Shown: positions 1-12,430, counted from the first letter of the stretch. The stretch is DNA of 64,000 bases from Macrostomum hystrix (GCA_950097015.1 CATNEN010000005.1:992001-1056000); one strand, 5' to 3'. A program made the numbers and translations. Notes: a model not told the origin generated them from the sequence alone.

Positions 1-236
1 GCTCTCTCCTCTGTGTCTCTCTTTTATAAAACTATAGCACTCTAATGTAAATACTACCACTAAACTTTTGCTGCAGATGCTGAAGCTTGCCAGCCTGCTG
101 GTGCTGGAGACGGTCAAGCAGCGGCTGAAGACGATCCTTTGATACTCTTGTGAAACCAGTGACTCTTAACTGTTAAACTCTTACTCTTACTCTTAACTCT
201 TAACTCTTAACTACTGACTCTTAAAGCGATTGCTGA

Positions 237-524
237 AAGACTAAATATATCGCAGACATTGTAAAGGGTTTGAATATTCTAATCAGAAGTAATCTCAGTC
301 TTGATTGGGTGTTTAAGGGAAAGCGAACGAATATTTTGTACAACATCTCAAACTCTGTTGCTGGAGGACAGATGCTGGTAGAGAAACCAAATCCAGTGAA
401 AAGAGTTGTGCTAAGTAATAAGGAGATTCACGAGATTGTGCTGCAGTTTGAGACGGAAGATGGTGTTGGCGTTGATTTCAACGGTGAAGAGTTTGTATTG
501 ACGTTGATCATTGAGAGAATGTAA
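237..524 (+). pseudogene. Polinton/Maverick (adintovirus-like) minor capsid (penton) C-terminal fragment, probably degenerate
   Basis: The open frame 237-524 reads LNILIRSNL..WVFKG..TNILYNI...VAGGQMLVEKPNP...IHEIVLQFETEDG..VDFNGEEFVLTLII. This resembles the penton C-terminal pattern (I.C.LV..S..NG...ILY.F...V.PG..I.E.P...I..I......G..IDF.GE...L.I) as I recall it. There is an upstream in-frame stop at 234-236 and no ATG. No database search was run. Confidence 0.42.
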
Positions 525-1591
525 GCTGCTTAATGATTTCTGCAAAGTTATAGTAGCTGTCATAGTCCTTGACGTAGGTTACTCCATACTTATGAAACCA
601 GTGACTCTTAACTGCTAGATTAATATTAGGGACATTGATATCGACGTTGGGACAATATTTCTTCATGTACTCGCTGCATTCTTTTTTGCATTGGTACTTA
701 CTCTTGTAATTAGGCTCATGCCTTTTGTAATAAGATCCTGGAGAGACGATTGGGAGCATTTTTAATAAGAATTTAATTTTTTTTCGGAGGATGAGCACCC
801 AAGGTTTGGGGTCTTGAGTTTTGGGAATGGGATTTTAGTGCTAATTTGATTGTCTTGGCACGCTTTTTGCAGCTTCGCTATTTTGTGCATGATCTCTTAG
901 GGAGTGGCTGCGATAATTTGTTTTGTCCAAGATGTGCAACTCACAAACTGGAAAGTATTTTTTTTTGGCGGGGGAACCTTGTTCCTTCAGGAAAGGTAAT
1001 GGTTTGTGCATTAAGGAGGCTGCGATAATTTTTGTCCTAGATATTCAACTTACAAACTGATGTGGGATATTAAAAGTAGAGAATTTAGAATATGGAGACG
1101 GAGTTTTTTAGAGAGAGGCGGGGACCCTTTTTTTCCTGATCTCTTCGGGAATAATAAAAGTAATGGTTTGTGGATAATGGAGGCTGCGATTATTTTTGTC
1201 CTAGAAGCCCCCTCTTGCATACTACTCAAGAACCTTCATAAACACGACAGTTTTAAGTATTTTGCTGTGTTTTCTTTGATCCTGCGTTTTTGAAAGAGAG
1301 ATTTCAGTGTAATTTCTCTGACAACAGATATTTTTTGAAATCCCAGTGACTCCTCCCTTAACGAACCTGTTAGGATCATGCTTTGAACACATCAGGTGAA
1401 AAAAACTGGATATCATAGAAAGTTTATTAAGCTGTTTGCCTTCAGGGTTGCACAAAGAAAATTATATGAACAGCTCTGCAACAAAGAATGTAGTCAGATA
1501 GGTGAAGAGTACTTTGCAGAGGGCAGTGCAGTAACTATTTTGCTATTTATTTTTATATGAAGAAAATCTTATAAAAGTCTGTTGAAAAGAA

Positions 1592-4172
1592 GGTCACATG
1601 ATCACAAAATCATATGACCTTCCCTAAATTCAAAGTCACATGACCTCCCTTGATTTAAAGTCAAATGACCTCCGCTAGATTCAAAGTCGCATGACATCCC
1701 TTGATTCAAAGTCACATGACCTCCCCTTGATTCAAAGTCACATGACCTCCCCTAGATTCAAAGTCGCATGACCTCCCTTGATTCAAACTCACATGACCTC
1801 CCCTAGATTCAAAGTCACATGACCTCCCCTAGATTCAAAGTCACATGACCTGCCCTAGATTCAAAGTCACGTGACCTCCCTTGATTCAAAGTCACATGAC
1901 CTCCCTTGATTTAAAGTCACATGACCTCCCCTTGATTCAAAGTCACATGACCTCCCCTAGATTCAAAGTCGCATGACCTCCCTTGATTCAAAGTCACATG
2001 ACCTCCCTTGATTCAAAGTCATATGACCTCCCCTAAATTCAAGGTCACATGATCTCCCATAAATTCTACGTCGCAAGACCTCCCCTTGATTCAAAGTCAC
2101 ATGACCTCCCTTGATTCAAAGTCACATGACCTCCCTTGATTTAAAGTCACATGACCTCCCCTTGATTCAAAGTCACATGACCTCCCTTGATTCAAAGTCA
2201 CATGACCTCCCTTGATTTAAAGTCACATGACCTCCCCTTGATTCAAAGTCACATGACCTCCCTTGATTCAAAGTCGCATGACCTCCCCTTGATTCAAAGT
2301 CACATGACCTCCCTTGATTCAAAGTCACATGACCTCCCTTGATTCAAAGTCGCATGACCTCCCCTTGATTCAAAGTCACATGACCTCCCTTGATTCAAAG
2401 TCACATGACCTCCCCTAGATTCAAAGTCACATGACCTCCCTTGATTCAAAGTCACATGACCTCCCCTTGATTCAAAGTCACATGACCTGCCCTAGATTCA
2501 AAGTGACGTGACCTCCCCTAGATTCAAAGTCACATGACCTCCCTAGATTCAAAGTCACATGACCTCCCTAGATTCAAAGTCACATGACCTCCCCTAATTT
2601 CAAAGTCACATGACCTCCCTTGATTCAAAGTCACATGACCTCCCCTAGATTCAAAGTCGCATGACCTCCCTTGATTTAAAGTCACATGACCTCCCTTGAT
2701 TCAAAGTCACATGACCTCCCCTAAATTAAAGGTCACATGACCTCCCCTAAATTAAAGGTCACATGACCTCCCCTAAATTCAAGGTCACATGATCTCCCAT
2801 AAATTCTACGTCGCAAGACCTCCCCTTGATTCAAAGTCACATGACCTCCCTTGATTCAAAGTCACATGACCTCCCTTGATTTAAAGTCACATGACCTCCC
2901 CTTGATTCAAAGTCACATGACCTCCCTTGATTCAAAGTCGCATGACCTCCCCTTGATTCAAAGTCACATGACCTCCCTTGATTCAAAGTCACATGACCTC
3001 CCCTAGATTCAAAGTCGCATGACCTCCCTTGATTCAAAGTCACATGACCTCCCTAGATTCAAAGTCGCATGACCTCCCTTGATTCAAAGTCACATGACCT
3101 CCCCTTGATTCAAAGTCACATGACCTGCCCTAGATTCAAAGTCACATGACCTGCCCTAGATTCAAAGTCACATGACCTCCCTTGATTCAAAGTCACATGA
3201 CCTCCCCTAGATTCAAAGTCGCATGACCTCCCTTGATTCAAAGTCACATGACCTCCCTAGATTCAAAGTCGCATGACCTCCCTTGATTCAAAGTCACATG
3301 ACCTCCCCTTGATTCAAAGTCACATGACCTGCCCTAGATTCAAAGTCACATGACCTGCCCTAGATTCAAAGTCACATGACCTCCCTTGATTCAAAGTCAC
3401 ATGACCTCCCCTAGATTCAAAGTCGCATGACCTCCCTTGATTCAAAGTCACATGACCTCCCTAGATTCAAAGTCACATGACCTCCCCTAATTTCAAAGTC
3501 ACATGACCTCCCTTGATTCAAAGTCACATGACCTCCCTAGATTCAAAGTCACATGACCTCCCCTAATTTCAAAGTCACATGACCTCCCTTGATTCAAAGT
3601 CACATGACCTCCCTTGATTTAAAGTCACATGACCTGCCCTAGATTCAAAGTCACATGACCTCCCTTGATTCAAAATCGCATGACCTCCGCTAGTTTGAAA
3701 GTCACATGACCTCCCCTAGATTCAAAGTCACATGACCTCCCTAGATTCAAAGTCACATGACCTCCCCTAGATTCAAAGTCACATGACCTCCCTTGATTTA
3801 AAGTCACATGACCTGCCCTAGATTCAAAGTCACATGACCTCCCTTGATTCAAAATCGCATGACCTCCGCTAGTTTGAAAGTCACGTGACCTCCCCTAGAT
3901 TCAAAGTCACATGACCTCCCTAGATTCAAAGTCACATGACCTCCCCTAGATTCAAAGTCGCATGACCTCCCTTGATTCAAAGTCACATGACCTCCCTTGA
4001 TTCAAAGTCACATGACCTCCCCTTGATTCAAAGTCACATGACCTCCGCTAGATTCAAAGTCACATGACCTCCCCTAAATTGTACGTCGCATGACCTCCCC
4101 TAGATTCAAAGTCACATGACCTCCCTTGATTCAAAGTCACATGACCTCCCCTTGATTCAAAGTCTTATGACT
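1592..4172 (+). repeat. Minisatellite, 25/26-bp unit GACCTCCC(C)TTGATTCAAAGTCACAT, ~100 copies
   Basis: Contiguous tandem units with block-duplicated variant units (e.g. aaattctacgtcgcaagacc at ~2061 and ~2801). Confidence 0.97.
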
Positions 4173-4230
4173 TCCCAACACACAGAGTCCTAGCAATACA
4201 ACTTCCAGTAAACCGACTGGAATTACTTTC

Positions 4231-6669
4231 TCAGTCCACCGACATCAGCTGCTGGACGGTCTGAGTTTCGAATCCTTGCGACCGGCCGCAACGCCGCTGG
4301 CGTCGCCTCTGTTGCGTTGTCCGACGATTCGGCAGGGGCGGCTTCGGTCGCGCGTCACCAGACGTCGCCCCGAGCGACGCCATCGAGCGCGCCAGCTTCA
4401 GCAGTTGTCGCCGAAACGCCGAGCCTGTGGCCAAGTAGATAAACAACTTCACTGCGTTGTGACTGACAGCTACCGTTGAAACGAAACTGCTGGCTACGGC
4501 GTGTCGAAAGAAGCTTTCCACCTGCGGCAGCTCGCCGGCCGACATTCCGGCGAGGACATCCGAGTCCGTCAGGTTGCAGGTGGCCAAGTGCAGATCTACT
4601 CCGGCTGCGTGGAAGCCAAGGAATAATAGTACAGAAACGGGCAGCATGACTGCCAGCTGGTAGAATGAGACGCACAGCAGGGTGGCTGTGGTGGCTCGGC
4701 GCCTGGATGGGTCGGCTGGAAAACAGGGGTTCCGTTTGCGTGTGACTGCTGTTTTACAGCTCAGTAACACACTAATGATACAAGGCTAAGTATTTAATGG
4801 TAGTCTAGTTCGCACCTAGCTTAATAAGTTTACTTTAACACCTCACTAATAGGTCAATTTGCCGACTCACTATTTGGTTTTGTTTACATGTTACTACGAG
4901 TAATTTGTAAATTTGACACCTCACTAATTGGTCGATTACGCACCTCACTAATTGTTTTTATTACATCCGACTAAATAGCTTAGTTCACGCCTCACAAATA
5001 CGCCTACTAAACACCTCACTAATTGGTATATTTACAAACTCACTAATCGGTTAAGTTCACACCTGACTAATTGGTCGATTTCACACCTCACTACAGGTCT
5101 ATTCCAAATCTTCAGGTCCTATCACCCACCAAATCTTCAGGTGCCATCACCCACCAAATCTTCAGGTCCCATCACCCACCAAATCTTCAGGCCCCATCCT
5201 TTTCCAAATCTTCAGGTCCCATCACCCACCAAATCTTCAGGTCCCATCACCCACCAAATCTTCAGGCCCCATCCTTTTCCAAATCTTCAGGTCCCATCAC
5301 CCACCAAATCTTCAGGTCCCATCACCCACCAAATCTTCAGGTCCTATCACCCACCAAATCTTCAGGTGCCATCACCCACCAAATCTTCAGGTCCCATCAC
5401 CCACCAAATCTTCAGGCCCCATCCTTTTCCAAATCTTCAGGTCCCATCAGCCACCAAATCTTCAGGTCCCATCACCCGCCAAATCTTCAGGTCCCATCAC
5501 CCACCAAATCTTCAGGCCCCATCCTTTTCCAAATCTTCAGGTCCCATCAGCCACCAAATCTTCAGGTCCCATCACCCGCCAAATCTTCAGGTCCCATCAC
5601 CCACCAAATCTTCAGGTCCCATCACCCGCCAAATCTTCAGGTCCCATCACCCACCAAATCTTCAGGTCCCATCACCCACCAAATCTTCAGGTCCCATCAC
5701 CCGCCAAATCTTCAGGTGCCATCACCCACCAAATCTTCAGGTGCCATCACCCACCAAATCTTCAGGTGCCATCACCCACCAAATCTTCAGGTGCCATCAC
5801 CCACCAAATCTTCAGGTGCCATCACCCACCAAATCTTCAGGTGCCATCACCCACCAAATCTTCAGGTGCCATCACCCACCAAATCTCCAGGTGCCATCAC
5901 CCACCAAATCTTCAGGTCCCATTAGCCACCAAATTTTCAGGTGCCCTCAACTCTCACCAGATGATCGTCTAGCCCTGGTCAGCACCAGTGAGTTGAACAG
6001 GAGTATAGTTAGCGGTGTGGCAGCAAAGAACAAGACCTCGGTAGTCTTGCTCCAGACGTGATAGAGTCGATGCCTGACTGTTCCCTGCTCAAATACTCGT
6101 TCATCATCTAGACACTGACGCCTTTGACTATCGTAGCGAAAGAAACACAGCTGAACCAGTGCCAAGGGTAGGCAAACGGTTGCTAAGCAACTAGTAACGA
6201 CCACGGATCTACGGGCGGTACACAATCTCCTGCTGGCGAACGGATGAAAAATAGCAATATATCGTTCGACTGTGAAAGCCAAAATCAACAGCGGAGACAG
6301 ATACTGCAGCCAGAGGCTGAACACAGGAAATATTGAGCACATTATAGGATTATCAACCAGGCGCATGTCATAGTAGGTGTGCAGGTGCCACGGCAGCTGC
6401 TGCAGCAGCAGAAACGCAGCGTCTAGTGCAGCCAGCCCGCTCAGGTAAACACTCGATGCGCTTCTCAGCTTGCGACTAGACCACACTGCCAGGCTGAGAA
6501 TCGAACCCGGGACGCCAATGATAATCCAAATCGGCACAATAATTCGAGCAAATAGTACAGTTGATGGGGCGAATGTTAGCAGGAGCTCAAGGCTGCTCGA
6601 GTGCCTAGTTACTAGGCTGTGCTCACAGCTTGTTGTATGTTTCCAGGAAGAATTAGTTTCTGATTGCAT
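4231..6669 (-). CDS. Class A (rhodopsin-family) GPCR, peptide/FMRFamide-receptor-like; 2 exons (6669-5958, 4748-4231)
   Basis: Exon 1 encodes an N-terminus with an NSS glycosylation site, TM1 (IIGVPGSILSLAVW), TM2 (YLSGLAALD), TM3 (AFTVERYIAI) and TM4-5. Exon 2 encodes TM6 (ATLLCVSFYQLAVMLP) and TM7/helix 8 (SHNAVKLFIYLATGSAFRRQL). The phase-1 junction TCT G|gtgag ... aaacag|CA joins the exons in frame. Confidence 0.88.
5102..5946 (+). repeat. Minisatellite, 25-bp unit AAATCTTCAGGTCCCATCACCCACC, in the GPCR intron
   Basis: Tandem units. It is preceded by a degenerate cacctcactaattggtc repeat at ~4840-5095. Confidence 0.95.
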
Positions 6670-7194
6670 TTCTATTTTGTGTCGAGCTGTTATGAGCTAG
6701 TTCCTTAATCCACTTGTCTATCGTTAATCTGGCATGGTATGGCTTTATATAAAATGAGATGTTCAGAACTAGTTTGTATGGCGCTAACAGATTTCAACCA
6801 ATCAGAAGAAAAGCTTTCCAAAGATTTCTAAGAAAAAGAAGTTAGTTGATGCGGTTAGTGAAATGCAGATTTAGCAGATTTATAGAAACAATTTAACTTT
6901 TGTTACTATTTCTTCGTCGAGAAAATTTTGTATTGCACCAATATGTATCTACATTCCAGCGTAGCAAAATTTAACGCTTAGGAAAATGTGGTATAAATAC
7001 AGCACCTTCGATTTCATCCTATTCCCATAGAGGATTTCCTTGCAGCTTTCGTTTCTTATGCTTGGGCACTTCTGAAGTGCGGGACGATAATTTATGTCCT
7101 GATTTTTGGTCGAAATAAACAATGCGTCTGGCGTGAATCTTCAAGGCGAGGCGAAGAAGAAAATAGGAAATCAGGTGGTGCAGGTGGGAGATGT

Positions 7195-8834
7195 TGGGAC
7201 CTGAAGAACTGGTGGATGTTTAGGCCTGAAGGACTGGGGGATGGTTGAACATGAAGGACTGAGGATGGTGGAACCTGAAGGACTAGGGGATGGTGGGACC
7301 TGAAGGACTGGGGGATGGTGGGACCTGAAGGACTGGGGGATGGTGGAACCTGAAGGACTGGGGGATGTTTAGGCCTGAAGGACTGGGGGATGGTGGAACC
7401 TGAAGGACTGGGGGATGTTTAGGCCTTAAGGACTGGGGGATGGTGGGACCTGAAGGACTGGGGGATGGTGGAACCTGAAGGACTGGGGGTTGGTGGAACC
7501 TGAAGGACTGGGGGATTTTTTAGGCCTGAAGGACTGGGGGATGGTGGAACCTGAAGGACTGGGGGATGTTTAGGCCTGAAGGACTGGGGGATGGTGGAAC
7601 CTGAAGGACTGGGGGATGTTTAGGCCTGAAGGACTGGGGTTGGTGGAACCTGAAGGACTGGGGGATGGTGGGACCTGAAGGACTGGGGGATGGTGGGACC
7701 TGAAGGACTGGGGGATGTTTAGGCCTGAAGGACTGGGGGATGGTGGAACCTGAAGGACTGGGGTTGGTGGAACCTGAAGGACTGGGGGATGGTGGGACCT
7801 GAAGGACTGGGGGATGGTGGAACCTGAAGGACTGGGGGATGTTTAGGCCTGAAGGACTGGGGGATGGTGGAACCTGAAGGACTGGGGGATGTTTAGGCCT
7901 GAAGGACTGGGGGATGGTGGGACCTGAAGGACTGGGGGATGGTGGAACCTGAAGGACTGGGGGTTGGTGGAACCTGAAGGACTGGGGGATTTTTTAGGCC
8001 TGAAGGACTGGGGGATGGTGGAACCTGAAGGACTGGGGGATGTTTAGGCCTGAAGGACTGGGGGATGGTGGAACCTGAAGGACTGGGGGATGTTTAGGCC
8101 TGAAGGACTGGGGTTGGTGGAACCTGAAGGACTGGGGGATGGTGGGACCTGAAGGACTGGGGGATGGTGGGACCTGAAGGACTGGGGGATGTTTAGGCCT
8201 GAAGGACTAGGGGATGGTGGAACCTGAAGGACTGGGGTTGGTGGAACCTGAAGGACTGGGGGATGGTGGGACCTGAAGGACTGGGGGATGGTGGAACCTG
8301 AAGGACTGGGGGATGTTTAGGCCTGAAGGACTGGGGGATGGTGGAACCTGAAGGACTGGGGGATGGTGGGACCTGAAGGACTGGGGGATGGTGGAACCTG
8401 AAGGACTGGGGTTGGTGGAACCTGAAGGACTGGGGGATGGTGGGACCTGAAGGACTGGGGGGATGGTGGGACCTGAAGGACTGGGGGATGATGGAACCTG
8501 AAGTACTGGGGGATGGTGGGACCTGAAGGACTGGGGGATGGAGGGACCTGAAGGACTGGGGGATGATGGAACCTGAAGTACTGGGGGATGGTGGGACCTG
8601 AAGGACTAGGGGATGGTGGGACCTGAAGGACTGGGGGATGGTGGGACCTGAAGGACTGGGGGATGGTGGAGCCTGAAGTACTGGGGGATGGTGGGACCTG
8701 AAGGACTGGGGGATGGTGGGACCTGAAGGACTGGGGGATGTTGGAACCTGAAGGACTGGGGGATGTTTAGGCCTGAAGGACTGGCGGATGGTGGGACCTG
8801 AAGGACTGGAGGATGGTGGGACCTGAAGGACTGT
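7195..8834 (+). repeat. G-rich minisatellite, 25-bp unit GGACCTGAAGGACTGGGGGATGGTG
   Basis: About 65 tandem units upstream of the GPCR start. Confidence 0.97.
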
Positions 8835-9214
8835 GGTTATGATGTGATGTGAATTAATATTGGAAAACTATAAACTATTTTGATCAGTTTCATCATCCCA
8901 TCCTAAATTTTCTTATAAAATAAAAGCCTTAAAGCCTAAAAACGAATAGTCAAGATTTGTCAGAGCTGAATACTTACGTTAGATTTTTTGTATACTACTT
9001 ATAAAAGATGTACTTTGAACAGGCCCAAAGCAAAATGTATGTTAATCTTTGAAAGCGATGAAAAAGATTCACATCCACGTAAATCACTTCTAATAGAAAT
9101 GAAAAACGCAAGTTGCTTTAGCTAATTTATGGATAAAATATTATTTTTTCAAATCTTTATTTTTATCAGATAATAATAATCAGTAACTATCCGTTAATTT
9201 TAGTAGTCATAAGG

Positions 9215-12155
9215 ACGGTCTTGAGCACAAACTCGAGGCCCAGCCCCTCGCAAATATATTCACCTTCTTGCGTTCCCTTCCGCATCTCGCATTAACGACT
9301 TAGTTACAATTAATTCATTACTCAACAAAAATGGGTGGCACAAAATCACTGCGCCCTACTGCTAAGTAGTATTGTTCCGATTGTTCGCTTTTATAAACGA
9401 AAGCTGTAATCTAGAATTGTAAATTAGCAAAACAAGAAGGATCTGAACTGCACTGAATAAAATCTGTGATATTTTTCAGTTTCTCATTGTCCTTTGCAGC
9501 TCAAAATTTATAAGCCTGTTTATTGTCTAAGTTGCATAAGTTGGTAGGCATGGCAGACAATTATAGCGTGAGCAGCATGAGATTCTAAATAAAAGAATAT
9601 CAACTCTCTAACCCTGGCTCTATTATACGGTACATGCCACAATAGCAAAAATCATTAACTTGAGAACAATGGCCCAACTGTACATGCTGATTCTGCTGGT
9701 CATTGCTGGCCTATGCGAGTGCCGAACAGCCTACAGAAACGTCTCATTGGGAGGCTGCGTGGTCGCTCAGACTCCCCAACACCTGCTGACGGCCTCAAGC
9801 GCTCGCTCGTGCGCCTTCCTGTGCTCTCAGCTCCGTCTCTGCATCGGCTGGAGCTACCGCACAGGCGTCTGCAACGTGTCGGACAGCGTGCAAACTGTGC
9901 GACTCTCGAACGACACCGACTGCGAGGTGTGGAGCGTCCTGCGTCAGCTCAGCCTCGTCGCCTTCTGGCCCATGAGCAACGCCACTCGCAGCCGCAATGT
10001 GGCCTCGAACAGCGGCCATCTCGACCTGCAGGAGAACATGGCCATGCAGTACACGGACAGTGCGGTCAACTTCACTGGTCAGTTCGATGTGAATGAGCGA
10101 TTCAACATCGACCAGCTGGCTTCAGAGTGTCTCACGAGCTTCACGTTCTCTGTGTGGGTGCAGGTGTCGAACCAATCTCGAGGCGCCATGCCTCTTTTCG
10201 AAGGCCTGACGATGCCAGATGGACATTTTACTCGACTCTGGCTGCATCCTGCTAGCACTGATATTCAGCTCACAGTCGAATCCCCTGTGTCTCGGCTCAC
10301 AGTGCCTGGACCCACTGACACTGCCAGTGGTTGGACTCACATCACATCTACGTGAACGGAACTCTGGCCAGCAGTGGCTCTTCAGTCGCCGTGACATCCT
10401 GTGCGAACTTTGGCAACATGGTGCAGATCGGAGCGATCACTCGCTCTGCCACGCACAACCGAGTGTTCCAGGGCTTCATGAAATGCTTCGGAGTGTATCA
10501 GAGGGCTCTGAGCAGCGCTGAAGTGGCTCTCTTGCTTCAGATCTGCTGAGAAGCGAATTTCTGGCCGTCTTGAATGTTGCTTGTCTTTTGATTCGATTGT
10601 TTGTCCTTCGACAGTGGAAAAGCAGTTTGGAACTGTTAAGCTTTCGGGGTTTCTTTCTGAGAGCGTCAGATGTGCGAAGTGTTAGTTACTTAGTTTGTAA
10701 CTATACCAGCAGTTAAGTGCTTCATATAATATTTTCGACACTGACCTACTCTGCTGCTGTTTTTTTCTGTGTATATAATCACCTTTCTATTGTAGTTTTC
10801 TGCGTCTGTGATTGCAGGGATATACTGAAGAAGTTGATCCCCTTTTAGGAGCACAAACAGAAGCGTCATTCCAAATCAAATATCCACAGACCAATTAGCC
10901 ACGCGTACAAAGTACTTGTTAGAACTGGATGGGACTTTGCAGCCGGCTAATGAGAGTGTGTGAGATGCATCTTTAATTGAAGACGAAATTCATTTTTATT
11001 GTTAAGCTTTTTTCAATGAAAATGATGTTTTTATAGTTCTTTTTTGCATTCCTTTTATACTCAGCTTACAGCTCAGCTAGCCACCCCAAAATCTACCCCT
11101 GAGCTGCGGTGCCGACCAATCAGCGTCCGCGAGGGAAACAGTTTCCAGTCTGCCCCGGCTCAGAGCACCTCACGGCTCTTGATTGCCCTGCCCGACTGCA
11201 GGAGTCTCGCTGACGAAACCTTCAATTGGCGCAGGTCGTCTAGAGGGATTGTTGATTGAGCGACCCTGAGGATCTCGCCGTTTGGCAAAGGAGAGGTACC
11301 GATAGGAATTGTTGGAGCCTCGCAGAAACCGCAGACCATTGGTGACCTCACCTGCAGAGTAGGCGCGGATTTAGGCCAGCTTAGGAATAATTATTATACT
11401 ACCTGTTATTTGGTCAGCTACCTCTTGATCATCATCTCTCCTCTGCCTTTGTTCGCGTGTATTTTACTAGTGTCCCACGCATTCGTTATGTGGAGTTTGA
11501 TAATTTTCCGTATTGTGTTAATCACCGAAGAACCTAAATTGATATTGTAAGCGCGGGTTGAAAATGAAGCCTTAAAGTTAATTAATCGAGTCAAAGAATT
11601 ATTATAATCAAATAAAATCAGCCTTTCAATTGGGATTGGGATTGGGATTTGTTATTTTTCTATTTGGGAATTCCGTTTGGAGCAGCTCGCCATCTTGCCC
11701 ACATCAATTTCACAGCCAATAACATTATATTTCAGTCGCTGCTACAATTGACTGAACAGTAGCACACGGACCCGGTGTTGAGAATAGTTACAGTGAAAAA
11801 CCTCTCACGATATTTGGCACACAAAAGCCCAAACAGGATACCAGCGTATAAGCTAAGAAGTTCACAGAATTCTCAAAAAATACAAAATAGAGAGATGTCT
11901 ACTGACAGAAATAGAGAAACAATTAAAGGCTTTGGCTGGAAAATTCATCTGGCTGGGTGTCGCAAAGCGGAAATGGAACGGCAACTATGGCAACAAAACC
12001 CGCTGGCCACCCCCTCCGCTCTCTTTCTCTCTCTGTCTGTTTCAGCTCCATGTAAGACAGACTTTCGCATTGACTAGGAAGAAGATTGACAGAACACGCT
12101 CAATGCTACTACTTACAGTAGGACGCTGCAACGAACATCGGAAAGAATTCTCATT
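9215..12155 (+). repeat. Segmental duplication copy 1 (paralogous to ~15350-18768)
   Basis: Shared anchors include gtcttgagcac, cgccctactgctaagtagtattgt, atcaactctctaaccct, the gene body and ~1.6 kb of near-identical 3' flank. The offset in the 3' part is ~6613 bp. Confidence 0.92.
9669..10549 (+). pseudogene. Secreted PAN/Apple + LamG (ConA-like/Laminin_G_3) protein, copy A, frameshifted
   Basis: It has a signal peptide (MAQLYMLILLVIAGLCEC), a PAN-type Cys pattern (CAFLCSQLRLCIGWSYRTGVCNV) and LamG motifs (LVAFWPM, FTFSVWV, IYVNG, FQGFM...RALSSAEV). Relative to copy B, 36 nt are replaced by 2 nt at ~10344, which shifts the frame. Confidence 0.8.
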
Positions 12156-12174
12156 CAAAGAATGAGACTGTAGG

Positions 12175-12430
12175 TGTTGTGACTTGAATATTCAACCGGA
12201 CTTGAATGTACTCTATTAACTTATCGTTGCTCAATGCACGCCCATTTTCCTATGCGTGCGAGGGCCGCGTGTGTCACCTGCGCGTGCGACACAACGTGCT
12301 CTGTTCTTACTCCTTGCTCTCCACGTGCCATTGTCACCCCCAGCCATATTTTGTTAGTATAAATATATCGAATCTCCTTGTACGTAGTTCGTGGCCTTTG
12401 CGCTATCTAAAGAATTCCTGGTCTACAAAA
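12175..12430 (+). mobile_element. Probable solo LTR (256 bp) with 5-bp target-site duplication
   Basis: It begins TGTTG and ends CAAAA (one mismatch from CAACA). It is flanked by GTAGG at 12170-12174 and 12431-12435 and has an internal TATAAATA. It interrupts the first unit of the following minisatellite. Confidence 0.62.

Noticed and set aside
11630-11650. (TTGGGA)3 and CCCTAA-containing units as interstitial telomeric repeats
   Set aside because: These are not (TTAGGG)n tracts; they are too short or embedded in longer unrelated units.
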